A stretch of DNA of 64,000 nt from Alphaproteobacteria bacterium. GTDB lineage: Bacteria; Pseudomonadota; Alphaproteobacteria; MPNO01; UBA830. Location of the stretch: positions 2,240,001-2,304,000 of the forward strand of contig OZ219790.1 in NCBI GenBank assembly GCA_964291215.2, read 5' to 3'. The notes below the pieces were generated by a model. It had not been told where the DNA came from and ran no database searches. It saw only the letters and a program-made list of their open reading frames with translations. Shown here piece by piece: positions 11,284 to 21,877 of the stretch. A program made the position numbers and the translations under genes. The number at the start of each line of letters is the position of its first letter. Position 1 is the first letter of the stretch.

Positions 11284-11833
11284 TCAGCTGCCCGGCGTGT
11301 CGCGGACAAATTCGCTGCCGCGTTGCGCTGTCATGGTGAAAGTCATGGCGTTCACCTTCCAGCCGCCGTCGGTACGGGTGAAGCCGTGCTCATAGGTGCC
11401 CCATACTTCCCAGAGCGCCTCGCCGCCGTTTTCGGCCAGCGCACCGCGCTCCATCCGGTTCCAGGCATAGCCATGCGACAGCATCGTGGCGTTGTCTGCG
11501 TCATGGAAGGTCACGCGGTGATTGCCGCGCAGATGGAAGGATGTCTTCTCCGCGGTCAGATTGCCCGACCAGCCTGCCATCAGTCCATCTGCCGGGATCG
11601 TGGCAGGCTCGCCGCCCACCAGCGAGGTGAAATCAACGGTAATCTCGTCTGTGAAGTAGCTGCGCGTCAGCACCCAGTCCTTGGCGTCAACGCCGGCGTC
11701 AATCGCATCGGCGATGCGGATCATCTCGGCCTGATCGACGAGTGTCTCGGCAGTCAGTGGTTCCCCGCCCAGTTGCGTCTCAGCATATGCGGGGGGCGCA
11801 GCGATCGCCACGGCGGTTATGAGTGTTGTCAGT
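11284..11833 (-). pseudogene. Secreted SnoaL-like protein; first codons (15181-15193) separated by the IS66 composite
   Basis: DAKDWVLTRSYFTDEITVDFTS, GTYEHGFTRTDGGWKV; rejoined N-terminus MKLTTLITAVAIAAPPAYA. Confidence 0.8.
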
Positions 11834-11906
11834 GTAACTGCTCACCCCCCTAGTTCCAGCTTGATATCGGGGTAGAGCAACGAACGGGTTTTCGTGAAGA
11901 TTTGAC

Positions 11907-13472
11907 ATATCTACTCACCCCTAGTTGGGTTCTGATTGGTCGTAGTGCTCGTTGATGATGTCTGCGGCTTTTCCGTCGAGGGCGATCTGGGTGGCGACGT
12001 GATGATTGTAGCCGAGTGCGGCCATGGAGGTGAGGTAGCTTGAGCCCCGGCACCATGCTTTTGCGTGGAGCATGGTGCGGAAGCATCCGGACACCTTGAC
12101 CTTTGCCATCCTGATCTTCTGTTCTCCGGCATTGTTGGTGAAGCTGACGTCGGGGTTGTCTATGAAGCGCAAAACGGACTTTTCGTGTTTCACGAGACGT
12201 TCGTGCAGGTTGTGCGCGTCGGACTTGCGTCCACGTTTTCCTTTCGTCGGCGGCGGGATATCGGGCAGTTCCCTGGCGCCCTGATGGTGCGGTAGCGCTT
12301 GCGTACGGCCCGGCGTCGTTCAGGGTCTTGGATGCGCTCTTGTTGACCTTGTGGCAGGGAGCAGGCTCTTCATCAGTCGCGCCCAGCGGTAGCCTCGACG
12401 ACAAAGGTCAGTTCGCGCAGCAGGTGGCTGCCGCACAGCTGGTGGCTACATTGGTCATAGCCCATGTACGAGGCCCAGGACGCCCTTGTAGCACGGGCCG
12501 ATCTCTTGCCCGCGCTTGCGGTGCGGGAACTTGCACGTCAGGGTCCCACGACATGGAGCCACTTACTGTTGATCCGAAATCGTCGACATCGGGCGTTGCA
12601 GGAGGTGCGCCACGGCGGCCTCCTCCCATGACGCATCGTGAAAGCATAGCCGAGGCCTCGGAGAGCTTGATGCCGGAGATCGCCTGCACGAACGCGACGG
12701 CGCAGGGATAGCATCTGGGCGACCAGCAGGTTGATAACGAGGGCCTGGATGCCGATGCCGTACTGCACGGGATGTTGTCGGGGAACCGGCCCCGGGCCTT
12801 GCACTTCGGGCATTCCTTGATCTCGGCGCGGCGCTCGACGACCTCGAACACGATGTCGTAGAGGACGCGGCGCTCCCGATCGACGGGGCCGTCGATGTCG
12901 GCGCCGCAGGCGTCGCAGGCCGCGACCGTCTCCTCGACGATGATCTTGCGCAGGTTGTCGCCCATCTGCCGGTTCGGCTTCGGGCCCTTGCCGTTGCTCC
13001 CGGCACGCTCTCGTCCTTGTCCGTCTGTGACGGCGGCAGACCGGAGTTCCGGCTCGTGCGTGGTCTTCTCCAGAAGGACGACGATGATGATGTCGAGCAG
13101 GATGACGAGGACGCGGATGACGGCCTCTTCCGCCACCTTGCCGGCCGCACGCAGCGCCGCGATCCGGGTCTTGGCCGCTTCGAACTCCTCGCGCAGCGAC
13201 GCCGCGTTGACCGTCGCCATCACCCGGCCTTGCGCTTCATTAGCGCGCCGCTTCCGAGATGCGTTTCCACATACAGATCATGCGGGGGCTGGAGCCCCGG
13301 AAGCAGCTGGCACAGCCCGCTCGTCGCCTTCGATCCAAAGTAGCCCACTGGCGGTCCCCGTCGTTCTCGATTACCACCACTAAACGAATCGGCCTGCAGT
13401 GTCAAATCTTCACAAAAACCCGTTCGTTGCTCTACCCCGACATCAAGCCGGAACCAGGGGGTGAGCAGTTAC
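11907..13472 (-). mobile_element. Decayed IS66-family element (single-ORF type), copy 1
   Basis: Ends GTAACTGCTCACCC / (A)TATCTACTCACCC; 8-bp flanking repeat GATTTGAC; NSGLPPS, QLCGSHLLREL, FTNNAGEQKIRMAKVK. Confidence 0.88.
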
Positions 13473-13581
13473 GATTTGACACTGTGGACGGATTCTGCTA
13501 GATTTATCGCCAAAATAGTTTATTCATTTGGTGTGGATCTGCTATCGATGATGTCATGGATGCTATGGTCGATACGCTGCG

Positions 13582-15180
13582 GTATCTACTCACCCCTAAT
13601 TGGGTTCTGATTGGTCGTAGTGCTCGTTGATGATGTCTGCGGCTTTTCCGTCGAGGGCGATCTGGGTGGCGACGAGTGGGTTGTAGCCGAGTGCCGCCAT
13701 GGAGGTGAGGTAGCTCGAGCCCCGGCACCATGCTTTTGCGTGGAGCGGAAGCACCCGGACACCTTGACCTTTGCCATCCTGATCTTCTGTTCTCCGGCAT
13801 TGTTGGTGAAGCTGACGTTGGGGTCGTCTGTAAAGCGCAGGTTTTCGTGTTTCACGAGACGTTCGTGCAGGTTGTGCGCGTTTGCGTCCACGTTTTCCTT
13901 TCGGCGGCGGCGGCGGGATGTCGGGCAGTTCCCTGGCGCCCTGAGTGAGGATGGTGCGGTAGCGCTTGCGCACGGCCCGGAGGTCGGCCTCGTTCAGGGT
14001 TTTGGATGCGCTCTTGTTGACCTTGTGGCAGACCTCGCGGAGCAGGCTCTTCATCAGTCGCGCGGTAGCCTCGACGACAAAGGTCAGTTCGCGCAGCAGG
14101 TGGCTGCCGCACAGCTGGTGGCTACACTGGTCATAGCCCATGTACGAGGCCCAGCAGTCGTGGACCAGGACGCCCTTGTAACACGGGATGATGCCGATCT
14201 CTTGCCTCCCGGCCGCGCTTGCGGTGCGGGAACTTGCACGTCAGGGTCCCACGACATGGAGCCACTTGCCGTTGATCCGAAATCGTCGACATCGGGCGTT
14301 GCAGGAGGTGCGCCACGGCAGCCTCCTCCCATGACACGAGCGCATCGTGAAAGCATAGCCGAGGCAGGTTGCCTCGGAGAGCTTGATGCCGGAGATCGCC
14401 TGCACGAGCGCGACAGCACGGCGCAGGGACAGCATCTGGGCGACCAGCAGGTTGATGACGAGGGCTTGGATGCCGATGCCGTACTACACGGGATGTTTTC
14501 GGGGAACCGGCCCTTGGTCCGGGCCTTGCACTTCGGGCATTCCTTGATCTCGGCGCGGCGCTCGACGACCTCGAACACGATGTCGTAGAGGACGCGGCGC
14601 TCCCGATCGACGGGGCCGTCGATGTCAGCGCCGCAGGCGTCGCAGGCCGCGACCGTCTCCTCGACGATAGTCTTGCGCAGGTTGTCGCCCATCTGCCGGT
14701 TCGGCTTCGGGCCGTTGCTTCCGGCACGCTCTTGTCCGTCTGTGACGGCGGCAGACCGGAGTTCCGGCTCGTGCGTGGTCTTCTCCAAAAGGCCGACGAT
14801 GAGGATGTCGAGCAGGATGACGAAGACGCGGATCACGGCATCGACATCTTTCGGCACCTTGCCGGCAGCGCCGCGGTCCGGGTCTTGGCCGCTTCGAACT
14901 CCTCGCGCGCCGCGTTGACCGTCGCCATCACCCGGCCTTGCGCTTCATCAGCGCGCCGCTTCCGAGATGCGTTTTCACATACAGATCATGCGGGGGCCGG
15001 AGCCCCGGAAGCAGCTGGCACAGCCCGCTCGTCGCCTTCGATCCAAAGTAGCCCACTGGCGGTCCCCGTCGTTCTCGATGACCACCACTAAACGAATCGG
15101 CCTGCAGTGTCAAATCTCCACGAAAACCCGTTCGTTGCTCTACCCCGACATCAAGCCGAAACCAGGGGGTGAGCAGTTAC
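13582..15180 (-). mobile_element. Decayed IS66-family element, copy 2
   Basis: Tandem near-identical copy of 11907-13472 with a different set of deletions. Confidence 0.88.
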
Positions 15181-15225
15181 CTGTCAGTTTCATTGCGTCC
15201 TTTCCTTTCTCAGAACTTCAATACG

Positions 15226-16008
15226 TCAGGGCGCGGCGTTTCTCGCCAGCCGGAAGCCCAGATCGTTGTCGTGGGGTGAGGGCGCATGGCGCAGCTCGGC
15301 ACTTCGATTGGTGCTGCGCGCGCGGTTTGGATCATAGGTCACGCTTCCGCCCCGGGACACGCGACGGTCGCCGCTTTCGGGTCCTTTCGGATCGACCGTC
15401 GCCGCGTTGGGATAGGGTGCGTAGAAATCCCAGACCCACTCCCAGACATTGCCACTCATATCGTGCAGGCCCAGTTCATTCGGGGCCAGTTGGCCGACCG
15501 GCCGCACCGCCGTCGCATTGTCCTGATACCAGCCAACCGTGCTCAGGTTGTCACTGCCCGCGAAGATGTAGCCTTCGCTGTCCACACCGCCCCGGGCCGC
15601 AAATTCCCACTCGGCTTCAGTGGGAAGGCGATAGCCATTCGCGGACCAGTCCACGGCAACCTCGTCTGACGACAAGTCATAGACCGGTGTCAGACCTCCC
15701 TGGACGCTCAGCGCATTGGCGAAGGTCAGTGCATCGCGCCACGAGACCTCCGTTACGGGAAGATCGAGGTCTCCCTCCGATGCACCTGGGACAGAGCCCA
15801 TTACGGCCAGATACTCGCCGCGCGTGACCTCGAACTTGCCGATTTCGAAGGCGGAGAGCCGGACCTGTTGGGTATTGTGCTCGTCGCGCTCACCACCGGT
15901 CGCGCCGCGCTCGAACGTGCCGCCTGCGACAGGGACCATTTCGAGTGCCGTCGCCGAAACAGGATAAGCCGCGCTTAGGGCACTGATGAAAAGGATGTGA
16001 TTGAACAT
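15226..16008 (-). CDS. Secreted formylglycine-generating-enzyme-fold (SUMF1/FGE-sulfatase) protein
   Basis: YRLPTEAEWEFAARGG, PNELGLHDMSGNVWEW, RGGS, GFRLAR; signal peptide. Confidence 0.9.
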   Translation of the reverse strand: MFNHILFISALSAAYPVSATALEMVPVAGGTFERGATGGERDEHNTQQVRLSAFEIGKFEVTRGEYLAVMGSVPGASEGDLDLPVTEVSWRDALTFANALSVQGGLTPVYDLSSDEVAVDWSANGYRLPTEAEWEFAARGGVDSEGYIFAGSDNLSTVGWYQDNATAVRPVGQLAPNELGLHDMSGNVWEWVWDFYAPYPNAATVDPKGPESGDRRVSRGGSVTYDPNRARSTNRSAELRHAPSPHDNDLGFRLARNAAP

Positions 16009-16085
16009 GGTAAACCTATGAGATGATTGGGGGTATGCCGAGCATTTCAGGGGGCGAAGCCCGCCCACTGAATTTGGGCTGCCGC

Positions 16086-17045
16086 TCAGCTATCCGCGCC
16101 GTTTGCAGCCGCGAAATGGGCCGCCACGGTGTCAGCCGCGCGGGACACATCCTCGGGCTTGTCGTAGAAGTCGAACTGCGTGACATCTTCCAGCCATTGC
16201 AGCGTCGCCTCACCGGCAAAGCCGTTCATGAAAGTCTTCACGCCCTGCGGGATCGCTGCGGCTTCGGAATGCACAATGACCAGCGGCTGGGTCAGGCGCC
16301 CGGGGTTGTCCGCCGGGTGATAGGTCAGCCAGCCTTCCCAGCCTGCGTTGTTCCACTGGTTGTCATAGGCCGGGATTGCACCGCGATCTTGCTCGTAATA
16401 GTAGCCACCAATCGGCATCAGCACACCTTCAGCGCCTTCGGGACCCGCAGCCGGGATGATCTGACCGCCTTGTGCTTCAGCCGCTCGGGACATCTCGATC
16501 AGGCCCGCAACGCCTTCTTCACCACCATAGACCGCTTCAACAATTTCCGCATTCTGCAGCCACGGTGCGACAAGTCCGATCCGCTGGGCCAGATCGTTCC
16601 CCGCAACCGCGTCGACCATGTAGCCCGCGCTGGCGCAGATCCCCAGGCCGTTGATGCGGGTCGCGTCCACCTCCGGCAGCGTGGCGACAAAATCGAACGC
16701 TGCGCGAATGTCAGAGATTTTGGCTTCCGGGCTTTCCACAAACCGCACGTTCTGCGGCAGATCGCCCGACTTGCCCCAACCGCGGAAATCGAAAGTGAAC
16801 GCGGCAAAGCCACGCTCGACCATTTCCCCGGCATAGATGCTGGGCATCTGCTCTTCGACGGAGGTCCAGGCGCCGGTCACAACAACGGTCGGCAGGGCCG
16901 AACCATCATGGCCTTCCGGCAGGTAGAGCGTGCCCCACAGCGTTGACCCTTCATTCTCGAAAGTCACGGTGCGGGTTTCGACCTGCGCGATAGCGGCGGT
17001 CGAGGCCATTAGGGCGGCGGCAGTGGTCAGTGCGAGCGTTTTCAC
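16086..17045 (-). CDS. Secreted alpha/beta hydrolase with Cys nucleophile (GICASAG)
   Basis: Signal peptide; FDFRGWGKSG, GLGICASAGY, QFDFYD. Confidence 0.85.
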   Translation of the reverse strand: MKTLALTTAAALMASTAAIAQVETRTVTFENEGSTLWGTLYLPEGHDGSALPTVVVTGAWTSVEEQMPSIYAGEMVERGFAAFTFDFRGWGKSGDLPQNVRFVESPEAKISDIRAAFDFVATLPEVDATRINGLGICASAGYMVDAVAGNDLAQRIGLVAPWLQNAEIVEAVYGGEEGVAGLIEMSRAAEAQGGQIIPAAGPEGAEGVLMPIGGYYYEQDRGAIPAYDNQWNNAGWEGWLTYHPADNPGRLTQPLVIVHSEAAAIPQGVKTFMNGFAGEATLQWLEDVTQFDFYDKPEDVSRAADTVAAHFAAANGADS

Positions 17046-17166
17046 TTTTTTCGTATCTCCAGTGTTCGTGTGGGCGCGGTTGGCCCGATGACACGAGAGA
17101 TACGGCGGCCCGGCACGAGAAACTTGAACCGGAACGCTCAGTTTTTGGAAGATCCCGCTTTTGATC

Positions 17167-18081
17167 TCATGCAGATCGGAACTGACGTGGGGTCTGTCCT
17201 GTCACTTGCTTGAAACTGCGCGAGAAATGCGCCTGGTCGGCAAAGCCACAGGCAAACGCGATCTCGCCAAGAGGACGCTCAGGGTCCTTCATCATCGCGA
17301 TGGCCTGCTCCACACGATACGCCATGACGTATTGCATCGGCGTTTCACCGACGGTGTCCTTGAAGACCCGACCGAAATGCGAGGGGGACATCCCTGCCTC
17401 CCGCGCCAGATCGTCTACTGTGATCGTCCGATCCAGATTGGCACGAATGAAGGCGAGGACGCGCTTGTAGTGATCCGAGGTGAAGCGCGCCGACAGTGCC
17501 AGTTCTTCGGGTCTCGTCTGGCCATAACGCTGCAGGAGCTTCACCAGCAGCACCCGGCTCATCGCCTCGAACATGACCCCGGACGTGATGTCATCGTCTT
17601 CCAGCGCATCATGCAACATCACGCCCGCCGCGCAAAGGTCAGGATCCGAGAACAGCGGCAGATCGCGAAATTGCTGTGGGTCGAGGAGCATACCCAGTTC
17701 GGTTTGGGCAAAGCGTTCAACCATCTTCGGGTCCAGCGTGACCACGATCACGTCAGAGGTGGCGAACCATCGCCAACCCGACCGCATGCCTGCGGGCGTC
17801 ACCACGATGTCGTCCTTGCGGAAGGTGAAATCATGCATATCGCCGTCGCGCATGTTCTGCACACGATGCGGTTCGTCCTGCAGGTTCAGAAGAACGTGGT
17901 GCTCGGCGAACACATCTTCCGGCATCCGGTCGGGCTTAGCCTGAAAATATCGGACTGACATCAGAGATGCCGCAGACGTATGCGCGTTTGCGTCGCTGTT
18001 GAGCAGCGGCATAGAGGGGTAGATATCGGCGTAGCGGCGCGGCAAAGCGAGAACCTTTCGATCCGAAGTTACCTCAGACAC
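17167..18081 (-). CDS. AraC-family transcriptional regulator
   Basis: LAREAGMSPSHFGRVFK...GFADQAHFSRSFKQVTGQTP. Confidence 0.92.
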   Translation of the reverse strand: MSEVTSDRKVLALPRRYADIYPSMPLLNSDANAHTSAASLMSVRYFQAKPDRMPEDVFAEHHVLLNLQDEPHRVQNMRDGDMHDFTFRKDDIVVTPAGMRSGWRWFATSDVIVVTLDPKMVERFAQTELGMLLDPQQFRDLPLFSDPDLCAAGVMLHDALEDDDITSGVMFEAMSRVLLVKLLQRYGQTRPEELALSARFTSDHYKRVLAFIRANLDRTITVDDLAREAGMSPSHFGRVFKDTVGETPMQYVMAYRVEQAIAMMKDPERPLGEIAFACGFADQAHFSRSFKQVTGQTPRQFRSA

Positions 18082-18333
18082 GAACCGATAGCCATTGCCG
18101 GTACTCCAAGGTCAATCAATGGAGTTTTGGTGCGGGGTTTTTCGATAGCAGGCCTTGGCGCAAATTACAGCGTAAGTCGGTTTCGCCCTGCTTTGCGGAC
18201 AGTCGATCATCGAGTTGGAACGGCAGTTTCCGGAAGTAATGGGAGGCCCACTATCGTTACCGCTTCGACGGGCGGTTTCGGCGCGGTGATCCACCTGTGC
18301 TGAACTGGCTGAACCCCACCACAGGAGTTCAGC

Positions 18334-18567
18334 ATGCCCCATTTCGATCACACCGCCTTCGTCAACTCGCGCCGCGATGAGCGCAGCCTCGGGCACCACA
18401 CGCTTCGGGCCTACGCTCAGGACCTGCGCACCTTCGCGCGCTTCTCCAAGGCGCATCAACTCACCGATCCGCTGTCGAAAGACGACATCCTCGCCTACCA
18501 CCGCCATCTGCGCGACGTGTTAGGGGCGAAGCCCGCAACCATTGAGCGGCGTCTCGGTCTCAGGTGA
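18334..18567 (+). pseudogene. Tyrosine recombinase N-terminal (SAM-like) remnant
   Basis: ERSLGHHTLRAYAQDL...KPATIERRL, no catalytic domain follows. Confidence 0.7.
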
Positions 18568-18613
18568 TCTGACACAGAGGCAGTGCCTCGTCCAACTTGA
18601 CGCAAGTCCGCCA

Positions 18614-19651
18614 TCAACGGTTTAGCCTGTCCTCGATCTCACCGATCGACGACAGGATATCCGCGAAATCGGGGGCATCACCAAAGATCATCGCTTGCGT
18701 GTTGTCGTAGTCCCGGGCCAAGCGGTCGATCATGTCGCCGACAGGCCGAAGGGCGAACGTACCGGGCGCCGCGGCCGCGAGGTTGTAGTCCGGCCTACTG
18801 AAGAACGTTCGGGCATGCTCGATGCAATCTGCCCCGAGTGCCCGATCGGCGACAGCCGGGTAGCCAACATCTGAGTTTAGGAGCGAATGCAGATCGTAGT
18901 AGTGTCGGGAAATCCGCTGCCCGTCCTGGTGAAGCTCCCCGCGCCGTTCGAACCAGCTGCGCAAGCCATGAGCAATGACGATCTTGTCCCAGAAGGTCCG
19001 CTCGGCATGGATCGTCGTAACATCCGACACTCTGAGATCCAGCTCCTCGAGATCACCATCGATATACGGAGCAATGGTAACAGGACGGTTGGGGTCGAGG
19101 GCGGATTTCGCCCCCGACTCGATCTTGACCGCAGCCTGAACATATCCGGTTTCGGATGCATCTACCCGCGGATACCAGACGAGGAGCGTCTGAGAACTTG
19201 GATCGCTGCCATCGACTTCGACGCGACCCGTCCCACCCGTGTCGGCCTCCAATGCCTCAGAAACCGCTGCAAGGAGGTCGCTCGTGATATAGCGGCTGCA
19301 ATCGGCTGCAATCGCATCGAGAGCGGCTTTCCTCTTCTTGTTGGAAAGCGCCGCGAGTTCTGCCGTCGTATCCGGGTGACCGAGATCATCTCGGAAAACG
19401 GTGATGTCAATGTCTTCAGAGAAGCGGTTGATCAGGCCATAAGCCTTCGACAATGAAGTACCGCCTTTGAAGAGGAGGCGCGGCCCATTTTTGGGAAGTC
19501 GATGATAGAGCGCATTGAGCGTCCAGCACACCCAAAAGTCCTTCTCGATGTTGATCAACGGCGCGCCTAGACGCTGCGCAGTTGTCAAAAAGAGATCTGC
19601 TCGATCGGCCGGGTCTGCCCGGATGAGTTCTGAGAACGCCTTTGTCGTCAT
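18614..19651 (-). CDS. abiEii: AbiEii/AbiGii-family nucleotidyltransferase toxin
   Basis: IEKDFWV, FKGGTSLSK, RFSEDIDI, ERTFWDK, SRHYYDL. Confidence 0.92.
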   Translation of the reverse strand: MTTKAFSELIRADPADRADLFLTTAQRLGAPLINIEKDFWVCWTLNALYHRLPKNGPRLLFKGGTSLSKAYGLINRFSEDIDITVFRDDLGHPDTTAELAALSNKKRKAALDAIAADCSRYITSDLLAAVSEALEADTGGTGRVEVDGSDPSSQTLLVWYPRVDASETGYVQAAVKIESGAKSALDPNRPVTIAPYIDGDLEELDLRVSDVTTIHAERTFWDKIVIAHGLRSWFERRGELHQDGQRISRHYYDLHSLLNSDVGYPAVADRALGADCIEHARTFFSRPDYNLAAAAPGTFALRPVGDMIDRLARDYDNTQAMIFGDAPDFADILSSIGEIEDRLNR

Positions 19652-20313
19652 TTGGTCGATCCGGTTTCGGCGGTGGTTATCGGATTGCGCAGCATGTCTT
19701 GCATCCAAATAGGCATCGCCGAGAGGCCGTTTCGTAGATCTTCAGTGAGCCGGGAACCGTCCTTCTTGTCGGCCAATAGTTTTCGAATGGTTTGGTCCAG
19801 CTTTGAGCGCTCAACTTCACTTTGCATGGCGTCATGGATCCAATGCAGCGCCTGCACGAGATACATGCCAGGCCGTCCAGCCCAATAAAGGCGACTGGGT
19901 GCAGCCTGTTTGAAGACGATCTTCTGGTTGCCGAGCTCAATGGGCTTCAGGCGTGCGTCGACCAGGACTTCAATCTTTGCCGGAACCGCATTTGTGAGAC
20001 CCAATGTGTTGGCGGCCGTCATCCCGTCGACAACAAAGCGGGCCTTATCACGCCGCGCGACGGCCTCAATGACCGCGCGATAATCGGGCACCGAGCGTTT
20101 GCCGGTCAGCTTGTTGGTCGTCGGTTTGTCGTAGAGACCGCGTTCGATGCGCCGGAGTTCATTCGATTTGACCATGCGCTGCAAAGCCTTGTCTACTGCT
20201 TCTCGCGGACCGAGGTCGGCGAAATCTACCGGAGTCCAGACCTTGCCGGGCGCGGCAGAGATCCTGTCCTGGATGCGCATAGGCAGGGTTCGATGCGTTT
20301 CTTCTACGGTCAT
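19648..20313 (-). CDS. abiEi: AbiEi-like antitoxin (DUF6088); start uncertain
   Basis: WTPVDFADLGPREAVDKALQR...RGLYDKP wHTH, AANTLGLTNAVPA; overlaps the toxin start. Confidence 0.85.
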   Translation of the reverse strand: MTVEETHRTLPMRIQDRISAAPGKVWTPVDFADLGPREAVDKALQRMVKSNELRRIERGLYDKPTTNKLTGKRSVPDYRAVIEAVARRDKARFVVDGMTAANTLGLTNAVPAKIEVLVDARLKPIELGNQKIVFKQAAPSRLYWAGRPGMYLVQALHWIHDAMQSEVERSKLDQTIRKLLADKKDGSRLTEDLRNGLSAMPIWMQDMLRNPITTAETGSTK

Positions 20314-20377
20314 GTCCGAAATATACCACATACTTCGGACATCTGCGAGTCCGAAAAATACGGCATATTTCGGACAT
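20312..20377. promoter_or_regulatory. Two inverted-repeat operators for AbiEi autoregulation
   Basis: ATGTCCGAA-N-TTCGGACAT (20312-20342) and GTCCGAAA-N-TTTCGGAC (20349-20375). Confidence 0.7.
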
Positions 20378-20452
20378 CGAAAAGATAAGGCAGAGCTACA
20401 TTACGGAGATTGTCGGCTGGCTTCGCCGCCATCAAGAACGACGCGACGATTT

Positions 20453-21358
20453 TCATTGCACGGAAGACATGAACCGATCGAAGGTGTCTTCCTCGGCCTC
20501 ATCCGGCTGGAAAACCGTGCGATCGCTTTCCAAGTGAAGAATGGTTATCTCCTGATCATAGCGATCGGAGCGGATACACATCTCAACAACGGGTTCGGGG
20601 AACCAGACGCCGGCAGATTGCTCTATGCCGGATCGCGCCTCTTCGGAGAATTCCCGACGCACGGCAACCGCATCGCGCGGCAACTCAAAGACCGTGTTTT
20701 TGGTGCGAATGAACCGGCCTGACTTCAAAGCAGCCTGGCTCGGTTTTGACCAGTGTGCAAATCCCTCATTGGACACGACCATAAGGGCCCGTGTCTCGGT
20801 ATATTCAAGCCAGCGAAGGACAGTAGCTGTCAGCGAGACACCATAGCGGGTTGCCATATCGCCAAGTTGATCGAGGCTCGGTCGATCGCGCGCCGGGATC
20901 TTCGAGCGATAGTCATGAAGCGGCATCAAAATGCCGGCTGCAAAGGTGTCTGCCTCTTTCTCGATCCCCTCGCCCGCTCTGCGAAGCACGCTGTTCTCAT
21001 CGCAATAAATGCCGCCGTCGAAGTCGTCACTTTTTTCAACCAGCTCGCGATGAAGGATGAAATGGCCAAACTCATGAGCGATGGTGAAAGACCGCCGTCC
21101 GGGAGACTGATCAAGGTGATAAAGGATTCCCCATTGGCGCGGGATCGTTTCGCTATAGACCAGGGCGCCCATGCATCCGGGAATGTCCTTCTTCAAGACG
21201 TCATGGATCGGTCCGGAGGGCGCGATTTGCTTTGAATATTCAAGGGCCAGCTGAGCAACGTCGACTGGATGACGGTCAAATCGGTCTTCGCCGAACACGG
21301 TATCCAGCATCTTGGTGATGCGGTTGGCCTCGCGTAGCGGCTGCTTTGTATCAGTCAC
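20453..21358 (-). CDS. capP: ImmA/IrrE-family metallopeptidase (CapP-like)
   Basis: RRSFTIAHEFGH, EKEADTFAAGILMP, YGVSLTA; paired with an HTH gene divergent from CBASS. Confidence 0.85.
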   Translation of the reverse strand: MTDTKQPLREANRITKMLDTVFGEDRFDRHPVDVAQLALEYSKQIAPSGPIHDVLKKDIPGCMGALVYSETIPRQWGILYHLDQSPGRRSFTIAHEFGHFILHRELVEKSDDFDGGIYCDENSVLRRAGEGIEKEADTFAAGILMPLHDYRSKIPARDRPSLDQLGDMATRYGVSLTATVLRWLEYTETRALMVVSNEGFAHWSKPSQAALKSGRFIRTKNTVFELPRDAVAVRREFSEEARSGIEQSAGVWFPEPVVEMCIRSDRYDQEITILHLESDRTVFQPDEAEEDTFDRFMSSVQ

Positions 21359-21687
21359 TCGGTTTTCTTTGCCCCCAGGATCTTTGCCATCTCGCGTATT
21401 TGTCGGCGGGTTTCCTCAGGTAGCCCGCTGTATTCACGATAAAAGGCCTTGTCTTCGGCTTCACTCAGGGTCTGGTCGTCCCGACCAAACAGATAGTCCA
21501 CGGTGACACCGAGCGCCTTGGCGATTGCTGATAGCTTTTCCGCGGACGGTCTTGGGGGATTCTTGTTTTCAAGCTCCCAGATATAGCTCTTGGCAGAATC
21601 AGTTGCCGCGGCCAGCTGGTCTAGGGTCATCCCTTTTTGTGTGCGCAGATCTTTGATGCGGGCACCGAAGGTAGATTGATTCACCAT
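21355..21687 (-). CDS. capH: XRE-family HTH repressor (CapH-like)
   Basis: LRTQKGMTLDQLAAATDSAKSYIWELEN...PSAEKL. Confidence 0.85.
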   Translation of the reverse strand: MVNQSTFGARIKDLRTQKGMTLDQLAAATDSAKSYIWELENKNPPRPSAEKLSAIAKALGVTVDYLFGRDDQTLSEAEDKAFYREYSGLPEETRRQIREMAKILGAKKTE

Positions 21688-21709
21688 GAGTCCTCAATGG
21701 GTTGGGCGT

Positions 21710-21779
21710 TGTTCAGTGTAGCCATACAATAGCGCCCTTGACTCTGAATTTCAAGTCACTATATCCTGTTCGGAGTAGC
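21710..21779 (+). promoter_or_regulatory. Divergent capH/CBASS promoter region
   Basis: TTGACT at 21738 within an imperfect palindrome TGACT-N10-AGTCA; direct repeats TGTTCagtGTAGC / TGTTCggaGTAGC. Confidence 0.45.
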
Positions 21780-21877
21780 GATATATGGAATGTTTACACT
21801 TTGAACCTACGCAACCTAGGAGGACGCCATGACAACGCAAAGGCCATCTGATCACCAACCCATCTGGGAGAGAGACA

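Noticed and set aside
15226-15400. FGE/CLec-fold C-terminus as a diversity-generating retroelement target
   Set aside because: No template repeat or reverse transcriptase seen in the window
18334-18567. Active integrase or prophage boundary
   Set aside because: Only an N-terminal stub; no att repeats or phage genes seen
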